Shown here: positions 50,251 to 63,717 of the stretch, piece by piece
How the letters are laid out: each line of letters opens with the position of its first letter
How positions within the stretch are numbered: position 1 is the stretch's first letter
Assembly: GCF_020745735.1 (NCBI RefSeq)
Contig: NC_083431.1
Location: forward strand, 31,958,496 to 32,022,495
Source of the DNA: Hemiscyllium ocellatum
Taxonomy: Eukaryota
Reading direction: 5' to 3'
DNA: 64,000 bases
Position numbers and translations under genes: made by a program
The notes under the pieces: generated by a model
What the model saw: only the letters and a program-made list of their open reading frames with translations
What the model was told of the DNA's origin: nothing
The model's database searches: none

Positions 50251-53200
50251 TGTTCAAATCGACCATTGAAGTAGCAGCTGCCAGAAACATCATCTCTGTT
50301 CTGTTTCAAGTTATTTTGTCAGGTTTGCGGCCTACAAAGCATATTTCTGGAGCTGCCTGGCTGCTTGCCACTTGCTCTGCTTGGATCCAAGCTCACCAAT
50401 TGTGGATCTGACAAACTAGCAACTGCCCACCACTAGTATACGCACTGCACGTGCTCTGAACATTCACTACCCATCCACTGTGGGTAATGATGGTGGGTGA
50501 CAAGAGCTACTCCACCGGGAAGAAGAAACTCCCTTTTGTTCCCTGGCCCTATCATCCCAGATCTCTTCCATGACCCTTCCTTCAGCAGTGGCCATGTGTG
50601 TGGCAATGCACACACCTAGATGCTGACATCACAGCCCACTTCTGCGCATGCACAGGTGGCCATTTTGTTGTCAAATAGTCTTTTTTTTACTGCAGCGGAG
50701 ACACAATTTCTCTGTCAACTGAATATAATGAAATGTGTTTGGGAAAGGACAGCTGAGTGCACAACAGGTTAATGGAAAATGGAAAACGTTGTAAATACAG
50801 TGCAAGTCTTTCAACATCTGTAAAGAGAACAGACAGGTTAATGTTTCAGGTGGATGCACTACATCAGAGTTCATGAGATAAAGGTGATCCGGGAGGTATT
50901 GATTTATCTGCTGCAGTCAATCTGCCTGGACCAGTTTGCAAAACAGCTGAAAGAAAGCATGGAGCCATCAGCTTCAATGTTCTGACTTTTAAAAAATTAT
51001 ATGCAGAACTCTATTTGGATTAGAGTAGTGTAAATCAGAGCTTGGATCTCTTGGGGAAGTACCTTCTAGTGACCCGATTAAACCGGATTACCACAAGGCT
51101 TGCACCTAAATGCCCTCTTACAGTTTGCACTAACGAATAGTTCACAAACAATTAACTACATTGAAGTGCAGTGACAGTTATGCAGTGAATGATTTTACAC
51201 AAAAAGCAAGATCCTACAAGCATCTGTGACATGAATGATCAGTCACCGACATTGGCTGGTTGAATGTTGCCAGCTCAAAAGGAGAGATCTCGATCCTTCA
51301 AGTGGTGAGTGATTCACTAGAAAAGGCACTTGTGATTCTGCCTCAAATCCACAATCAGTTGATTGCAGAGCTGAATGTGTACCTAGATCAACTGAGCTAG
51401 CAGACAGCAGGTTTTGAAATGATCGAGATCTGAGGCGCGCTGACCAGATGTTGCCCTTCATGGCTGAACCTAGAGCTATGGGGACGCAGTTTTAAAATAT
51501 GGAGTAATTGGCCTGAACGCAAAGGTGGATGTCAAAATGGCTGCCTACATATGAGCAAATGGGCTGGTGACATCAGTTTACTGGTGACTGATGCCCCTAT
51601 GTTGGAATGTGAGTGTGCAGTCACCATCACTACGTTTCGTGCCCAATAATGTCATCAGTGATGGCATTACTGAAGTCCGATTACTCCAGGCCTCAGGGAG
51701 CTTAAGTTGGTGAATCCATGAGTGGAACAAAGGTTGGCAGATTAGCACCTGTCTTTGAATTGTCCAACTAGCCAGTTCCTCGTGATGAGGGATTGAGAGA
51801 TAACAGCTCCTTGGAGAGTGACAGTCAGCAGACTGCTGAGAGCTCTCAGTAGCCAATCCTTTCATTTGGAAGACAGCTGCATCTATTGGCTGGCAGTGAC
51901 ATGACTGGGTGACATCACTTGCATCTATGTAATTGGCCTTTTCATGTTAATGTCTGCTTCGGTTGCCCTCATGGGAGACCCTGGAAATACGAGGCAGAAC
52001 AGAAGGAGCAAAAATACTGTATCCCATCTCTGCTCCCTTTTCCTCTGACTTGCAGCTAGTAAGTGCTCCTAAAATGTAGAGCAGTAGAAAAGCAAGGCTG
52101 TAATGTGAAAAAGCCATCTCTAACTTGCCTGATAGTAGTCCGAAAACTACAGATAATATCGGGTTATAAGTGGGTTTTGTTTCCAAGCTTTGCCTTTCCA
52201 TCTGATATACCTATATCTATACCTGCTTTCTTGAGATAAAATGCACACCCCCATTCTAATTTGTGTGTCAGCCATTATGTAATGCTCTGCTACAGGTACT
52301 GCAGCTCTGCAAAACTTTGTGATAGCGTTTCTAATCTGATCAGCGTAACATTAGCAAGAAGCAGATTTTAGTAAAATCATAACCAAACATGAAGTTCTTG
52401 ATAGCATCGTGAAACTCTGGTGCGAATAAAGATTTTAATCCTTCAAGTAGGACTCTAGTGATTTTCTTCTGTGCTGTTGATTTAGGTGAGCGCTGTTGGT
52501 TCTGGAGGATAGAGTACTTTTAGCACTCAGTGTTGGCATCAAGTGGTTCCTTTCAGATCTTGATTGATGGTTTAAATGAAGTACAAAGCTCCCTTTGCAC
52601 TGTCACAATAATGTGCCTTCACTGCAGCCTCAGAAGAGTGCTTTCTGCTGCATTAATGTGACATGTTCAATTGCCACACCTGCAATCCTTGTGGTTGCTT
52701 TCAGTGGAATTACCAATTTAGAACCCACTTAGTGTAAATTATAAGCAGTTTTGTACTGTGGACTGAGACACAAAGGAACTGGGCTTTCATTCTCCTGAGT
52801 CCCTTAGAATTCTCACAGCTGCCAGAGAGAACAGAACCCCCCCCCCCCCCCCCCCCAACTTAAATAATTCCAGCAGGTCAAAGAATAATGTTGCAACTAC
52901 ACTGCGCACTCCCCCTCCCACCACCCCCGTGCCCTGGATTAATTTCAAATGGTCTTTAAATGAGTTAAATGTGATTCTAAATCTTTCAACTTCATTTATT
53001 GCGTTTTGCTGCTCCTGACACATACTCTGTGTTGTATATTTCAATAACTTTGTGAACCTGAATTACACACACAATCATTCTTTTACTGAAGATGTAATGT
53101 TTGTTCAGCTACATATTTCATACCCATACTATGCATTAATTTCATGCTGCACTGGTTCTCATTTCAATCCTGGCAGACATTGCAATGCTGTTTCAAAGCA

Positions 53201-53888
53201 TTCCGTCGGTTTGAACTACACCTATTTGCATGCAATTCAAAAATGCCTGGCGGGCAGATTGTGGAGATACAAATTAAAACTACTACGGGACTAGGTCAAG
53301 TTACCGTAGTCACTAGCGTGGTTATTGACAGTGGGAAGTAATAGCAAGGCTGCTGAGAAGCTCATTCTGTGAACACAAATCAAACTCTGCTGCCAAGATT
53401 TATTGAATTTGCTGATGGAGAGATTCTCTATAAGCTAATATTAGTCCCAATTGCTGAGCTCTCCATCAGAATGGTTTAACTTAATACCCATGGGATTGCA
53501 GTTCAAGGAATACTGTCAGATGTGAATTTGTCTGGTTTCTGTAAGCTGGCAGATGAAGAGCTTGTGTTGATGACTGTTCTTTGTATTAAAAGAAATCCAA
53601 TGGCTATCTCAGGGCTAGCTTGCTTCCCAACATTTGGCTACCCGGTCTTCAGTCCGTTGTCATTGAATTGAAAGAATGAAGGTTGTCTCACCCAGTTGAC
53701 AATTGGAGGCATACTTCTGTTGCCACGTATAGTTTTATCACTTGTTGATTATTTCTGTATTTGTTTTCACTTTCTTAAAGCGATGGGGTAATACCACACT
53801 CCATTCTGAAGTACGTCTGAGAAACTGCTCCCATGAAGTCACTCAAGCACTAAACCAGATCACTGCTGCCGTGCAGTCCAATTTCGCT

Positions 53889-54103
53889 AATGCACCTAAC
53901 ACTACGGGCAATTTAGCATGGCCAATTCACCTGACCTGCACATCTTTGGACTGTGGAAGGAAACCGGAGCACTCGGAGGAAACCCACACAGACACGGGGA
54001 GAATGTGCAAACTCCACTCAGACAGTCACCCGAGGCCGGAGTCGAACCTGGGTCCCTGGTGCTGAGAAGCAGCAGTGCTAACCACTGAGCCACCATGCCA
54101 CCC
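53889..54103 (-). mobile_element. HE1-type V-SINE (older subfamily, tail missing)
   Basis: GGGTGGCATGGTGGCTCAGTGGTTAGCACTG head, GGTTCGACTCC B-box and V-domain. Confidence 0.88.
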
Positions 54104-55557
54104 CATCTCAAACAGTAATTATCACTAATCACATCTCCGGTGGAGTCTGATGTTGAAAGGGGTAATATCTAGTATTGGGTTGGGATATCTGGTCGGCATG
54201 GACGGGTTGGACCAAAGGATCTGTTTCCAAGCTGTACATCTCTGTGTGATGGAGCTGAATTAAAACACTCAATCGATTGCTGTGGCCTGAGCAGTGGTGT
54301 GCTTTTCTAAGGATGTTTGTTCATCTGCTTCATAATACTAGCCTTTTACCTATTCCCTGACAGGATATCCATCAGGTTGAGACTTGGATTACCTAGTTAT
54401 TGGATTTTGCAAAGAGATGGGGCTCTGTAACCAACTAGAAACTGAAATGGTGACCTGATTCATTGCACATATGCAAGACTTGTTTCAGCAAATAGACCAG
54501 GTAATTATTAGCTCTGACTGATTTTTAGACTAGACTAGAGACTAGAGGCCCATAACAGTACAAGTGAAAGTGGCAAACACAATGTACATTTTCTGACCTG
54601 GTATATGTCTTGAATATTGTATGTCCACTGAACCTGGACTGCACTTAAGATGTTGTGTACTATATAGCTAAGTATGCAAGAGTAGTGATTCAGCATTATT
54701 TCAGTGTACCACTAAGACATCACAGATGTGTCATATTTGAGGAGGCAGCGGTGTGAAGGGGGAGTGGACGAGACTGGACTAGGCCTGGAAGTCAGCCAAG
54801 TGATTTTTGTCATCATTTTGGCTCCGCATGCAGCCCGATGTATTTGCTTCACACTTTGTCTATGATTTATTGCCAGTGAACCTCATGAATAAGGAATGAT
54901 TGGTGTTGAGTATAAATGAAAGAAGTGACATGATTGGAGAAAACAAAACTATTCATTTGTGGTGAAGATATTTAAGATTTAAGCTGTAGCAGAAAAGATT
55001 GCCACAGTAGCACACCTATAAGAGGTGAGGCTATTTACTGATGTGGCTCATCTCATTTGAGTAGATTCTAACCTAATTACACATAGCTGGGGATAACAGT
55101 ACTTTCCTTGGCTTTCTGTTTACCCAGACCAGTTTTCTCCACCCTCACCCATTCTGCATTCACAGCTTGAGAGGTATGCAACAGGTTGAAGGATTACAAT
55201 TTGTTGGAATGTAACATTAAGAACAAAAATATCTTAAACCTTAATTTCAGCGTTTGTATTTTGAAAACCTCCACCTCTCGTTCTTCTGTGTTCCTATCTC
55301 TGAGGTGATGCACTACTCCCCATTTTAATCCTAAAAGTAAGCAGCCTTTCTGTAAGATTCCATCAGTGCTATTACCCAATCTATCATTGCAGAACTCTTT
55401 CTTGGGCTAAGATTCACTTTGGCTTAGGGTGTGGACAGTTTTCATGTAAGTGACTGAAACACACATGACTCTATTCAAATTATTTTGAAATCAGCCTTTA
55501 ATTAGCATCCTAACAGATCCATTTGTTTCCCCAATCTCTTGAATTGTCCCTGTATGT

Positions 55558-55732
55558 GGAGAAAGTGAGGACTACAGATGCTGGAGATCAGAGTCAAAAA
55601 GTGTGATGCTGGGAAAGCCCAGCTGGTCAGGCAGCATCTGAGGAGCAGGAGAGTCATGCTTCAAGCATAAGCTCTTCATCAGGAATTTCTGCCTGACCGG
55701 TTGTGTTTTTCCAGAACCACACTTTTTTGACT
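55558..55732. mobile_element. PLE-derived fold-back element, family A (older)
   Basis: Long antisense arm including TCATCAG (55676-55682) and a short sense arm; degenerate TSD tgtccctgtatgtg / tatccctgaatttg (11/14). Confidence 0.8.
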
Positions 55733-55848
55733 TATCCCTGAATTTGTCCGCACATTTTTCTCTCCTATACTTGCACAGCACACTTCCAGGCCCGCTCGTT
55801 TCTAAGGCTTAAATGGCTTGTATTAGTCAAATAGTGTAAGCAGGACAG

Positions 55849-56046
55849 AGTTAAAAATAACACAACACTAGGTTATAGTCCAACAGGTTTATTTGGAAGC
55901 ACTAGCTTTCAGACCCCTGCTCCTTCATTAGGTGGGAAGGAACAGTGCTCTGAAAGCTAGTGCTTCCAAATAAATCTGTGTACTATAATCTGGTGTTGTG
56001 ATTTTTAACTTTGTACACCCCAGTCCACCACCGGCACCTCCAAATC
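55849..56046. mobile_element. PLE-derived fold-back element, family B
   Basis: Inverted arms agttaaaaat...cactagctttc / gaaagctagtg...atttttaact; TSD gtaagcaggacag (55836-55848) / gtaaacaggacag (56047-56059). Confidence 0.85.
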
Positions 56047-58384
56047 GTAAACAGGACAGGTTCGAGTGCAGTGAACATCTGTAAAGATTACAGGCAAACT
56101 GTCCCAATTTGGCTGAGTCCTCTTCATTTGAACATCACATTTAGCATTTTTATTTCAGATTTCCCGAGCTTGCTGGGCTTTTTTTCCTTTTTATTTTGTT
56201 TACAATGTCACAAATCTCACTCCTGCCATTGCAATGATGTCAAAAGCTTCATGGTAAAGAGTTAGGTGCAAGCAGTGACTTGTACTCACCCTCTAAAATG
56301 TTGGCATATGTTCCTTTATGTAGCATGATGCTCTGTGAAATTGGATATCCTGTTATATTCTGAGTTTTTAAGAAAACATTGTTATTGTAAATAGGTTTTA
56401 CTGGGATGGGGGTCTTGGTAATTACCAGAGGTTCCCCCCTCCCTGGATGTTGTCATCTCAGTGGTTGGGGAGGGGGCTCCCAGAGGAAGGAGCAGAGTGA
56501 ATTTGACAGGATCGCAATACTCGAAATGCCACATAGTTAAGATTATGGGCTAGGCTTTCTGATTGTAATGTCAATAGGAATGCATTTTAAATTAGCTCAT
56601 TGCCATTGGAAAACCTAGTACTTTGCCTTTAAAATGGGCCTCTGGGTTCATGAGATTGTGCTCGGCACTGGGGAAGGGATAAGGGCAATGTGTCAAGCAT
56701 CTAATCAGCAAATTGCCCAATCAAATCACTTTCCTTTAACACATTACAAAAGGCATTATCATGACAGTTTGTCGAGGTCTGGCCTTTTTGCATGGATGTA
56801 TTTTTTGTCATGTTGCCATGCATGATGCAAATATATTTAGGTCAGCAATTTAAGCAAATAGTTTTACCTATTCAACTCTCCGTAATGTTACTCACTACAG
56901 AGAGATTTGCTGCCATCATCCTTTTTCAGGGTAGGGATCTATTGCATCTGTTTGGGCTGGACTGTTAGAGGAAAACCACTTATTAGTCGAAAGAAACACT
57001 TGGCTTAAATAGTTATAACTTATTGTATGATAGCAACAATGTACAAGTTACATTAAGAGTATCTAGTATTGTTGAGACTGTGAGGAAGGCCCAAATAGGA
57101 GGTGTTATTCCTTCAGGATCCTGAACTGTTTTCCCACCTAGTCAGTGTGGTATCAACATAATGGGTGGTGCCTCAACCATCCTTTCAGGCCTTTATGTGA
57201 ACAGTATTGTACCAATTGTTTGCCATGACTTGATTACTTCCGAGTGTTAGTTTATTTCAAATAGTAAAACACATTATAAATCATGAAGCAGACATTACAG
57301 TATTCCAACTGATATCAGAGTGTGTTGCTTGAAGACCCAGCAGGCAGAATTGCAACTTGGCATTCGCACAGCATTTGGCATCCTTAAAGGTGAACTCTTG
57401 TAGGATATCTCTGTAACACCTTATGGGCTTATACAAATTTACAGCCCTGAGGCTCCTTCATTTACCTCCTTGGGTTGGTGTAGAGTCAATCAATGCTGTG
57501 ATCCTGCACAAGAAGACATTGTTCACAGTAGAAGTGGGCGGGTCTTAGTACACAATCCCTTCTCATATCTGCAGAGGATTTCATTTGGCAAACTGGGAGA
57601 CATTGGGCTTCAGCAGGAATACCCCAGTCTGTACCGGGATAGCCTGGAAAGTCACAAACAGCTCGTGAATTGGGATAAAGGTGTTTTTGTGCTCCCCCAC
57701 CAGCCCCCTGAGCCATCTGGGGAACCAAAAGGTAAGTGTAATTGTTAAGGTTAACATTTGCTTCCAAGTCAGAATTGAGCAACAACCTACATTTTATTGA
57801 ATTTCTTTGCATTTCTTATACTGATTTCTCTCCATTTACCACAGCAATCCATGTGATTCCATGTTAACCCTCTCCTTCCCCAAAGGTTCAATGCCATGAG
57901 TATCATCAAAACCACTGTCAGGATACTCGGAGAGCTGTCAGTCGCAGTCCTGCTTTCAGTCACATTACTCTTCTTACGAATATCTTTAGCCATTTCTACT
58001 TGGCTATTGTGAAAGCTGCTGGAAATGCTCCGCTGATTTGAGAGACTGAAATCCTATACGTGCAGAGTTGCAACCGAGCACTTGTACAACCAGATCATAA
58101 TTGGTGATGCTTAATGATGGGTGAGAGACCCCTGAGTAAAAACAGTCATGGGACACCTGGTCTACTCTTGATCGAATTTTCCACATCATCATTATCTGTA
58201 ATGAGGTTTGCATTCTAAGCTTAACATACCTGCGCTTTAGAGAAACTCCATTAGCTTCAGGAATTGGAATGTCCTGTGGTCTTGCTTGCCCTTTCTTATC
58301 CCAATTTAGACATTTGCCATTTGCTTGGAGAGGGGAGCTGTTCTATCTTGTGGACTGTATTAAAAATAAATGGCTGAACTGAGT

Positions 58385-58780
58385 CTGTCACAATGTCCCA
58401 AAGCACTTTGCAGTCAAAAAGATATTTTTGAAGCAAATTCTCTTGTTTGTGTGGGATAACCAGGCACCAATTTATGTATAGTTAGGGTCCACAACAAAAA
58501 TAAATCCAACAAAGGCATGTAAATTGGCATTGTTTGAGGGATGAATAATTACCTTTATAGAACTAATTTGCTCTTTGTCAAACATTGATAGTGGATATTT
58601 TACATCTATCGAAAAGGAAAGTCAGGAGCTTACTTTAATCTCCCATTTGAAATGTGGCACCACAAGCATTGCAACACTCCAGTGGTCCTCCACTGTGGTG
58701 TCAGTCTAGATTAGTCAACTCTCTGGAGTAATACCTGACTTGAATGTTCTGATTCCCAGGCAAGAAAGTCAAGGAAGACA
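58385..58780 (-). mobile_element. Decayed Deu-domain SINE (SacSINE1-like)
   Basis: caatgtcccaaagcactttgcag tail, Deu-like core and tgtcagtctagatt...ctggagt head. Confidence 0.55.
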
Positions 58781-59895
58781 GCTGCTCAGAGTTGCACTGG
58801 TCACTCGTTTTAGTTTGAAATCTTTTGTAGCTATTTAGATTGTTCATAATGTAAATAATTATGTAGACTTTTGTTGCAGTGTAATAATAGGCGAATAAAT
58901 CGAACAGGTCAATGCGCTGAAGTGATGTCCCAACAGCTGCTTTGTAATTACCACCAGGTCATATGGTTTTACAGTTAAATATTTGTTCTCTTTCAAACAT
59001 GCTCTAATTAAACTGCATGTCTTTCAAGGAGTTTAATGTTCTACCACCATTAAAATGGGTTTATAAATCCCCTGAAAGTTAAAGAAAGTACAGTTAACCC
59101 CACAATTAGCTTTCTTCCTTTATTTCAATTGACTGTAAATTCTTGAATCATAACCTTTTAAGCTATTTAGTGTAAATAACATTAACTTAATGTTTCCTTT
59201 AATTTCTTCTACCTCATCTTTTCTTCGTAGCTTGACATAGCATTCTTGAGTGTTAATGAAGACAGTGAGTAAGAAGTGGAACTGTCCTTCCCAGTCAGTA
59301 CAACATTGCCACACACGCTGTGCTGGGCAAAGAAATCAATGAACAAAAAGGCCTTTTTGGCACTATGGGTTTATTGCTCTGTGGGAAGTGTTTTCTCAGC
59401 CACTTTCCTCCTTAATAGGTGACTGACTGAGGAATAAACTGCTACAATGATACTCACTATTGTACACTGTTTCTGTTAATTGTAGTACAGCTCATGTTGC
59501 TTATTTTGCGATTAGGCAAAGAACAGAATGTTTGATAGCATGCCCCAATAGTCTGCTGATGATCAACTAAAATTGATGTTATTTGGACACAACAAAGGTT
59601 CAGCAAAATTAACAACCCACTGCCACTTGCAGTGTGATCAGATCATCCATTATTTGAGTGGGAGGTGGCGGCATAGCAGTAAAAATACTGGACACGGTCA
59701 CTAGGGGGACTCAAGTGAGAGAAAAGGCAGTGCAGAGGCTATGAGGGGGTGGTATGTGTGGAGAATGTGGGGGTGGTACTGTGGGAGTTGAGTTGGGACT
59801 GGCAGTACCAACTGAGGGACGATGTTGCATGCGATGTTAAGAGTGGTACAGCATGGGCCTTGTGAGACATGGGTGCAGTTGCAGAGATTGAGTGA

Positions 59896-60015
59896 TGATG
59901 TGGAGGTTCCAAGTTGGACTGGGGTGGACAAAGTCAGAAGGCACACGACACCATGTTACAGTCCAAAAAATTTATTTGAAATCGCAAACTTTCAGAGCGC
60001 TACTCCTTCATGAGG
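59896..60015 (-). mobile_element. Old PLE family B-related 3' terminus
   Basis: gatgtggagg...ttggactggggtggacaaagt...ctttcagagcgctactccttcat matches the reverse complement of 55935-56046. Confidence 0.7.
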
Positions 60016-60025
60016 AGAAAGTCAT

Positions 60026-60240
60026 TCACCTTTCTCCCCCACACTGTTGGGTGTTTCTGCAGAAGGTGGAGATCACTCTGACCTGGTTGGCAACCTCTGA
60101 CCGAGCTGGCAAGGCTTGATGGCATGGCCTCTTCCGGTAGACCTCTGGAAAGAGGTTAGCCTTCCCCTGTGCCACTATCGGGTCCTCCACATTCCTAACC
60201 ATAAAGTTGAATACCAGTTTCTCCTTCTCTGCTATGCTTG
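60026..60240 (-). pseudogene. Myb/SANT-like DNA-binding ORF relic of a PIF/Harbinger transposon
   Basis: NLFPEVYRKRPCHQALPARSEVANQVRVISTFCRNTQQC fits the pattern LF....(W)xEVAxxV...RxxxQC(RKK), with Trp replaced by Arg. Confidence 0.6.
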
Positions 60241-60477
60241 GACCAAAACTCAGTTCCTGACTGCCAGTGCTTGACTGAGCGCTCAATAGCCCTATAAATG
60301 TGGCACTAGTATAAGGAATCCCACTAGATCCTGGGATATCATGGCAGTATTAATACTTGCTACTGCAAGTGGGAGAATTAGGATAGCATTGAATGAGAGC
60401 AGCACTGTAGAAGCATGGTAGACGATTAATGAAGTGAGTTTAGGGTGATAGCGTGAGAAAACTGAGTAGGTCTTGAA

Positions 60478-60670
60478 GAACACAGAGCATTACAGCGCAG
60501 TACATGTCCTTCGGCCCTTGAGGTTGCGCTGACCTGTGGAACCAATCTGAATCAAATCTATCCTATTTTCATCCATATGTTTATCCAATGACCATTTAAA
60601 TGCCATTAAAGTTGGCAATTCTACTACTGCTGCAGGCAGGGCATTCCATGCCCTTACTACTCTCTTCTGT
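60478..60670 (-). mobile_element. CR1 3' tail fragment
   Basis: agaacacagagcattacagcgcagtaca...cttcggccc and gcaggcagggcattccatgcccttactactctc. Confidence 0.7.
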
Positions 60671-61524
60671 CAAGAGAGCAATCCTCTGCCAGAAATAGTA
60701 AGAATCAATGTTCTGGTAGCATCCGGCCAAATAGTTTTTGCTGTGTTGCCAAGCTATATTTTGGAGTTTCGCAGAAAATGATGAAGACAGCACACTGGAC
60801 ATATGTAACTGGTTTGTCCCTATTTATAATAACGAAATACTGTCGATAATGAAAAGAGCTGATGAAAGATTACCACCATGAAGCCTTAACTGTTGTTTCT
60901 CTCTGAAGAGATACTGTCTGTCCTGCTATGTACGTCTAGTATTTTAACTATTTTAATAAATAATTAGCAATCAGCCACAACCACCAAGTTCAGGCTCCTG
61001 CAAACAACCTGGCAAAAGAAACACGTTTAGATACGACTTCCATTAGTTTTAGTAACGTATGGGACACCACAGCACCAGCTCTCAAACGTGGTTAGAGTGT
61101 CATCTTTCCTGAGTGGGATATCGTAACAATGTCATGCTTAATTGATATTTTTAATCAGCCTGTTCAGGCACGTTACAACACACATCTGGGGTAAGTTGAG
61201 AAGAGAGGTGAATTAGTTTGTGCCAGAGAGAAGTGCACCGATTTAGAACTGTAAAATGCACAAAAATGTAAGTAAAGGAGTTTTGAAGATACGTATTGGA
61301 GTCTGAACACAGCCACTCAGAGGTAGACAGGAACCTTCCTGATTCAGAACAGGCCTCAGTTTACCTGAGGGTCTATCCACATATTTTTCTAAGTGTGACC
61401 AAACCACAAACCAGGGACTGCTGTAATTTGGGGCTGTAATGTTTCAGGTGAAACAGAGGCCTCACCTACCCTTTCAAGCAGTTCTCCGAGATCCCATTTT
61501 GAAGTAAAGCAACAATGCTGTCGG

Positions 61525-61735
61525 TGGTGCTAGCCAATATTTATCCTTCAATCAATATGACTGGAAAAACATTATCCAGTCTTTGTAGTGCAGTTTATGG
61601 AGACCTGCTTCCTATAAATTGACTGCTGTGTTTCCAACATTACAACAGTGATTACACTTTGTAAAAAATACTTCATTGATTGTAAATACATTTAGCCATC
61701 CTGGAGTCATGAACGGCACTAGATAAGGGTAAGCC
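61525..61735 (+). mobile_element. Deu-domain SINE 3' part
   Basis: gccaatatttatccttcaa...aaattgactgctgtgtttccaacattacaacagtgattacactt...tacttcattgattgtaaa. Confidence 0.7.
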
Positions 61736-63717
61736 TTTGTTGAACAAAGTTTAATACTGAACAGAAAAATAATGTTCCTGTAAAGCTCCTGGGGACATTT
61801 TACTACAGTCACGATCCAATTTAAAGGCTCTATGCAAGTTGTCAGTAGTGGAAAAATACTTCAGGCTATCATCCCCAGCTCCCTATTGGTTTTGAACATG
61901 TCACAAATTGACACCCTTTGGACTGCACAGGCAGAGTGTTTGTTGCTAACACTATGCTACTTAACAGTTTCTGTGTAGGGGGTGCCAAATGCCATGAAAA
62001 CAGGGCATCATTTTGTCATGGGGGTGGTGGTGAACTGATGTCATTATTGTGTACAAGATAGCATTGTCACGTGTACAATCATGTCATAGCATTTGGAGAT
62101 TCATGCAGTTTGAGGAACACCAGAGGGTGTGGTTTAGGAAAAGTTATGGAGTAACATCTGTTGCGTTCTCTTTGCTTTGATGCTGCTGCAGAAAGAAAAG
62201 GGATGTGTGTATGTAGCCCAGAGCTTCTCTGAACGTAGTGGTGTAAGGGTCAAACGCCCCATACAAAGGCAGCTGGTAATGGACAAGGGCTAAAAACAGG
62301 CGATTCAGTTCAGAGCGAGATGTTTGGCTCCAATATTCCTGCAATGTCACAAATGTTGAAATCAGAAGGCAAGCAAATACAAAAGCCAGCAGCTGAGAGG
62401 TGTTCTGGGGACACAGTAAAATATAATCATGTATTGTAACAGTGTTAGCCAAAGATCTATTAAGTTCCTTTGCTATTACGTCATTCTTAATCAGTTACTA
62501 ATGCACTTAATTTTATATTTTGCTAAATACTATGGCATTTGCTAACATATCTATTCTTTCCCCTTTTGACTGAATAGGGATTAAACTGTCTGACCTTCAA
62601 GGGTTAGTTTGCAAAATCTAAATGTGAGAATAACCAAGTGTTTGAAAGTGGCTTGCCAAACAATGCTCTTTTCCACATTGTTGGTTTAGCTCTGAATCCA
62701 TTGACTGACTTTGTTTATAAGATTTCATCGACATACAAGTTAAATTGATTTGGGCTTTAAGGCTCATTGAAAATATGTTCCACATGTTGTCAAATGTCAG
62801 GCAGACATTTTCCAGATCCCCTTAAAACTAAGAGCCATAACTTTTGTTCTTTGGTCACCACTAAAGTATAGTTTTCAGATTTACATGGAACATTGAATTC
62901 ATCATAAACTTTAAAATCTGGAGTGTTTTATTCTGTTTTGTTTGTGGATGATTAGCTCATTGTGTATAGTGCTTATTTGCTCGATGATGAAGAGGTAATG
63001 AGCTGCTGCTGTAATTCATCTGGCACAGTTAGGATTTATTATTTATAAAATGGTTGCCTTGCTTAGGATCCTGTTTTTAATATTGCATAGGATGGTGTGT
63101 TTACAATTAACCCCATAATGGGTAAAATTTTGAGTTGCAGAGTATAGGGTGTGAATGAAATGATGCTACACATTGTAAGTGCTGGAAAGTCACATCCCTG
63201 AGAAGTCCATGAAAGGACATAATTGTAGAGTTGGTCATTGCCAATTGTTCTTTGTCAGGCATGTAGACACAGCGTTTAGAAACATTTCGAAGAGAGCAAA
63301 AGAAAGAAAACTTGTTTTTAAAAGGATAAAGATCTTTTGATAACCAAGCCTTTATTCTCAGGGAGTGTAGCAAGCTGATAATATCTGCCTCCCTCCTGCT
63401 AGGAAATGATCTGTGGACACATAGAAACAAAGTAGGTCATTCAACCCTTTGAACCTGTTTCACCATTCAGTCTGATCATGGTTGATCATTCAGCTCAATA
63501 CCCTGATTTCCCCTCCAGCCACCACCCCCAAAAAAGAATCCCTTGAATCCTACAAATCACATCACCATGAGAGTTTAGCAGCATATGAGCTGGAATTTGT
63601 TGCCTGCACCATGTTGGCTTCCCTTCTGAGAGAGATTGTTCCAGGTCATGGGGCTCTGTGGGAAACATTTGTAATGAGCTGATCTTTGAAATGCTGTGTG
63701 GGTAAACTGCAGACATT

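Noticed and set aside
50600-50670. Cluster of TGACATCA, TGCGCATGCAC and GCCATTTT (CRE/NRF1/YY1-like)
   Set aside because: No CpG island or downstream exon; probably within an old repeat
57360-57395. AFGILKG, resembling a Harbinger transposase C-terminal motif
   Set aside because: Only seven residues and no other transposase motif nearby
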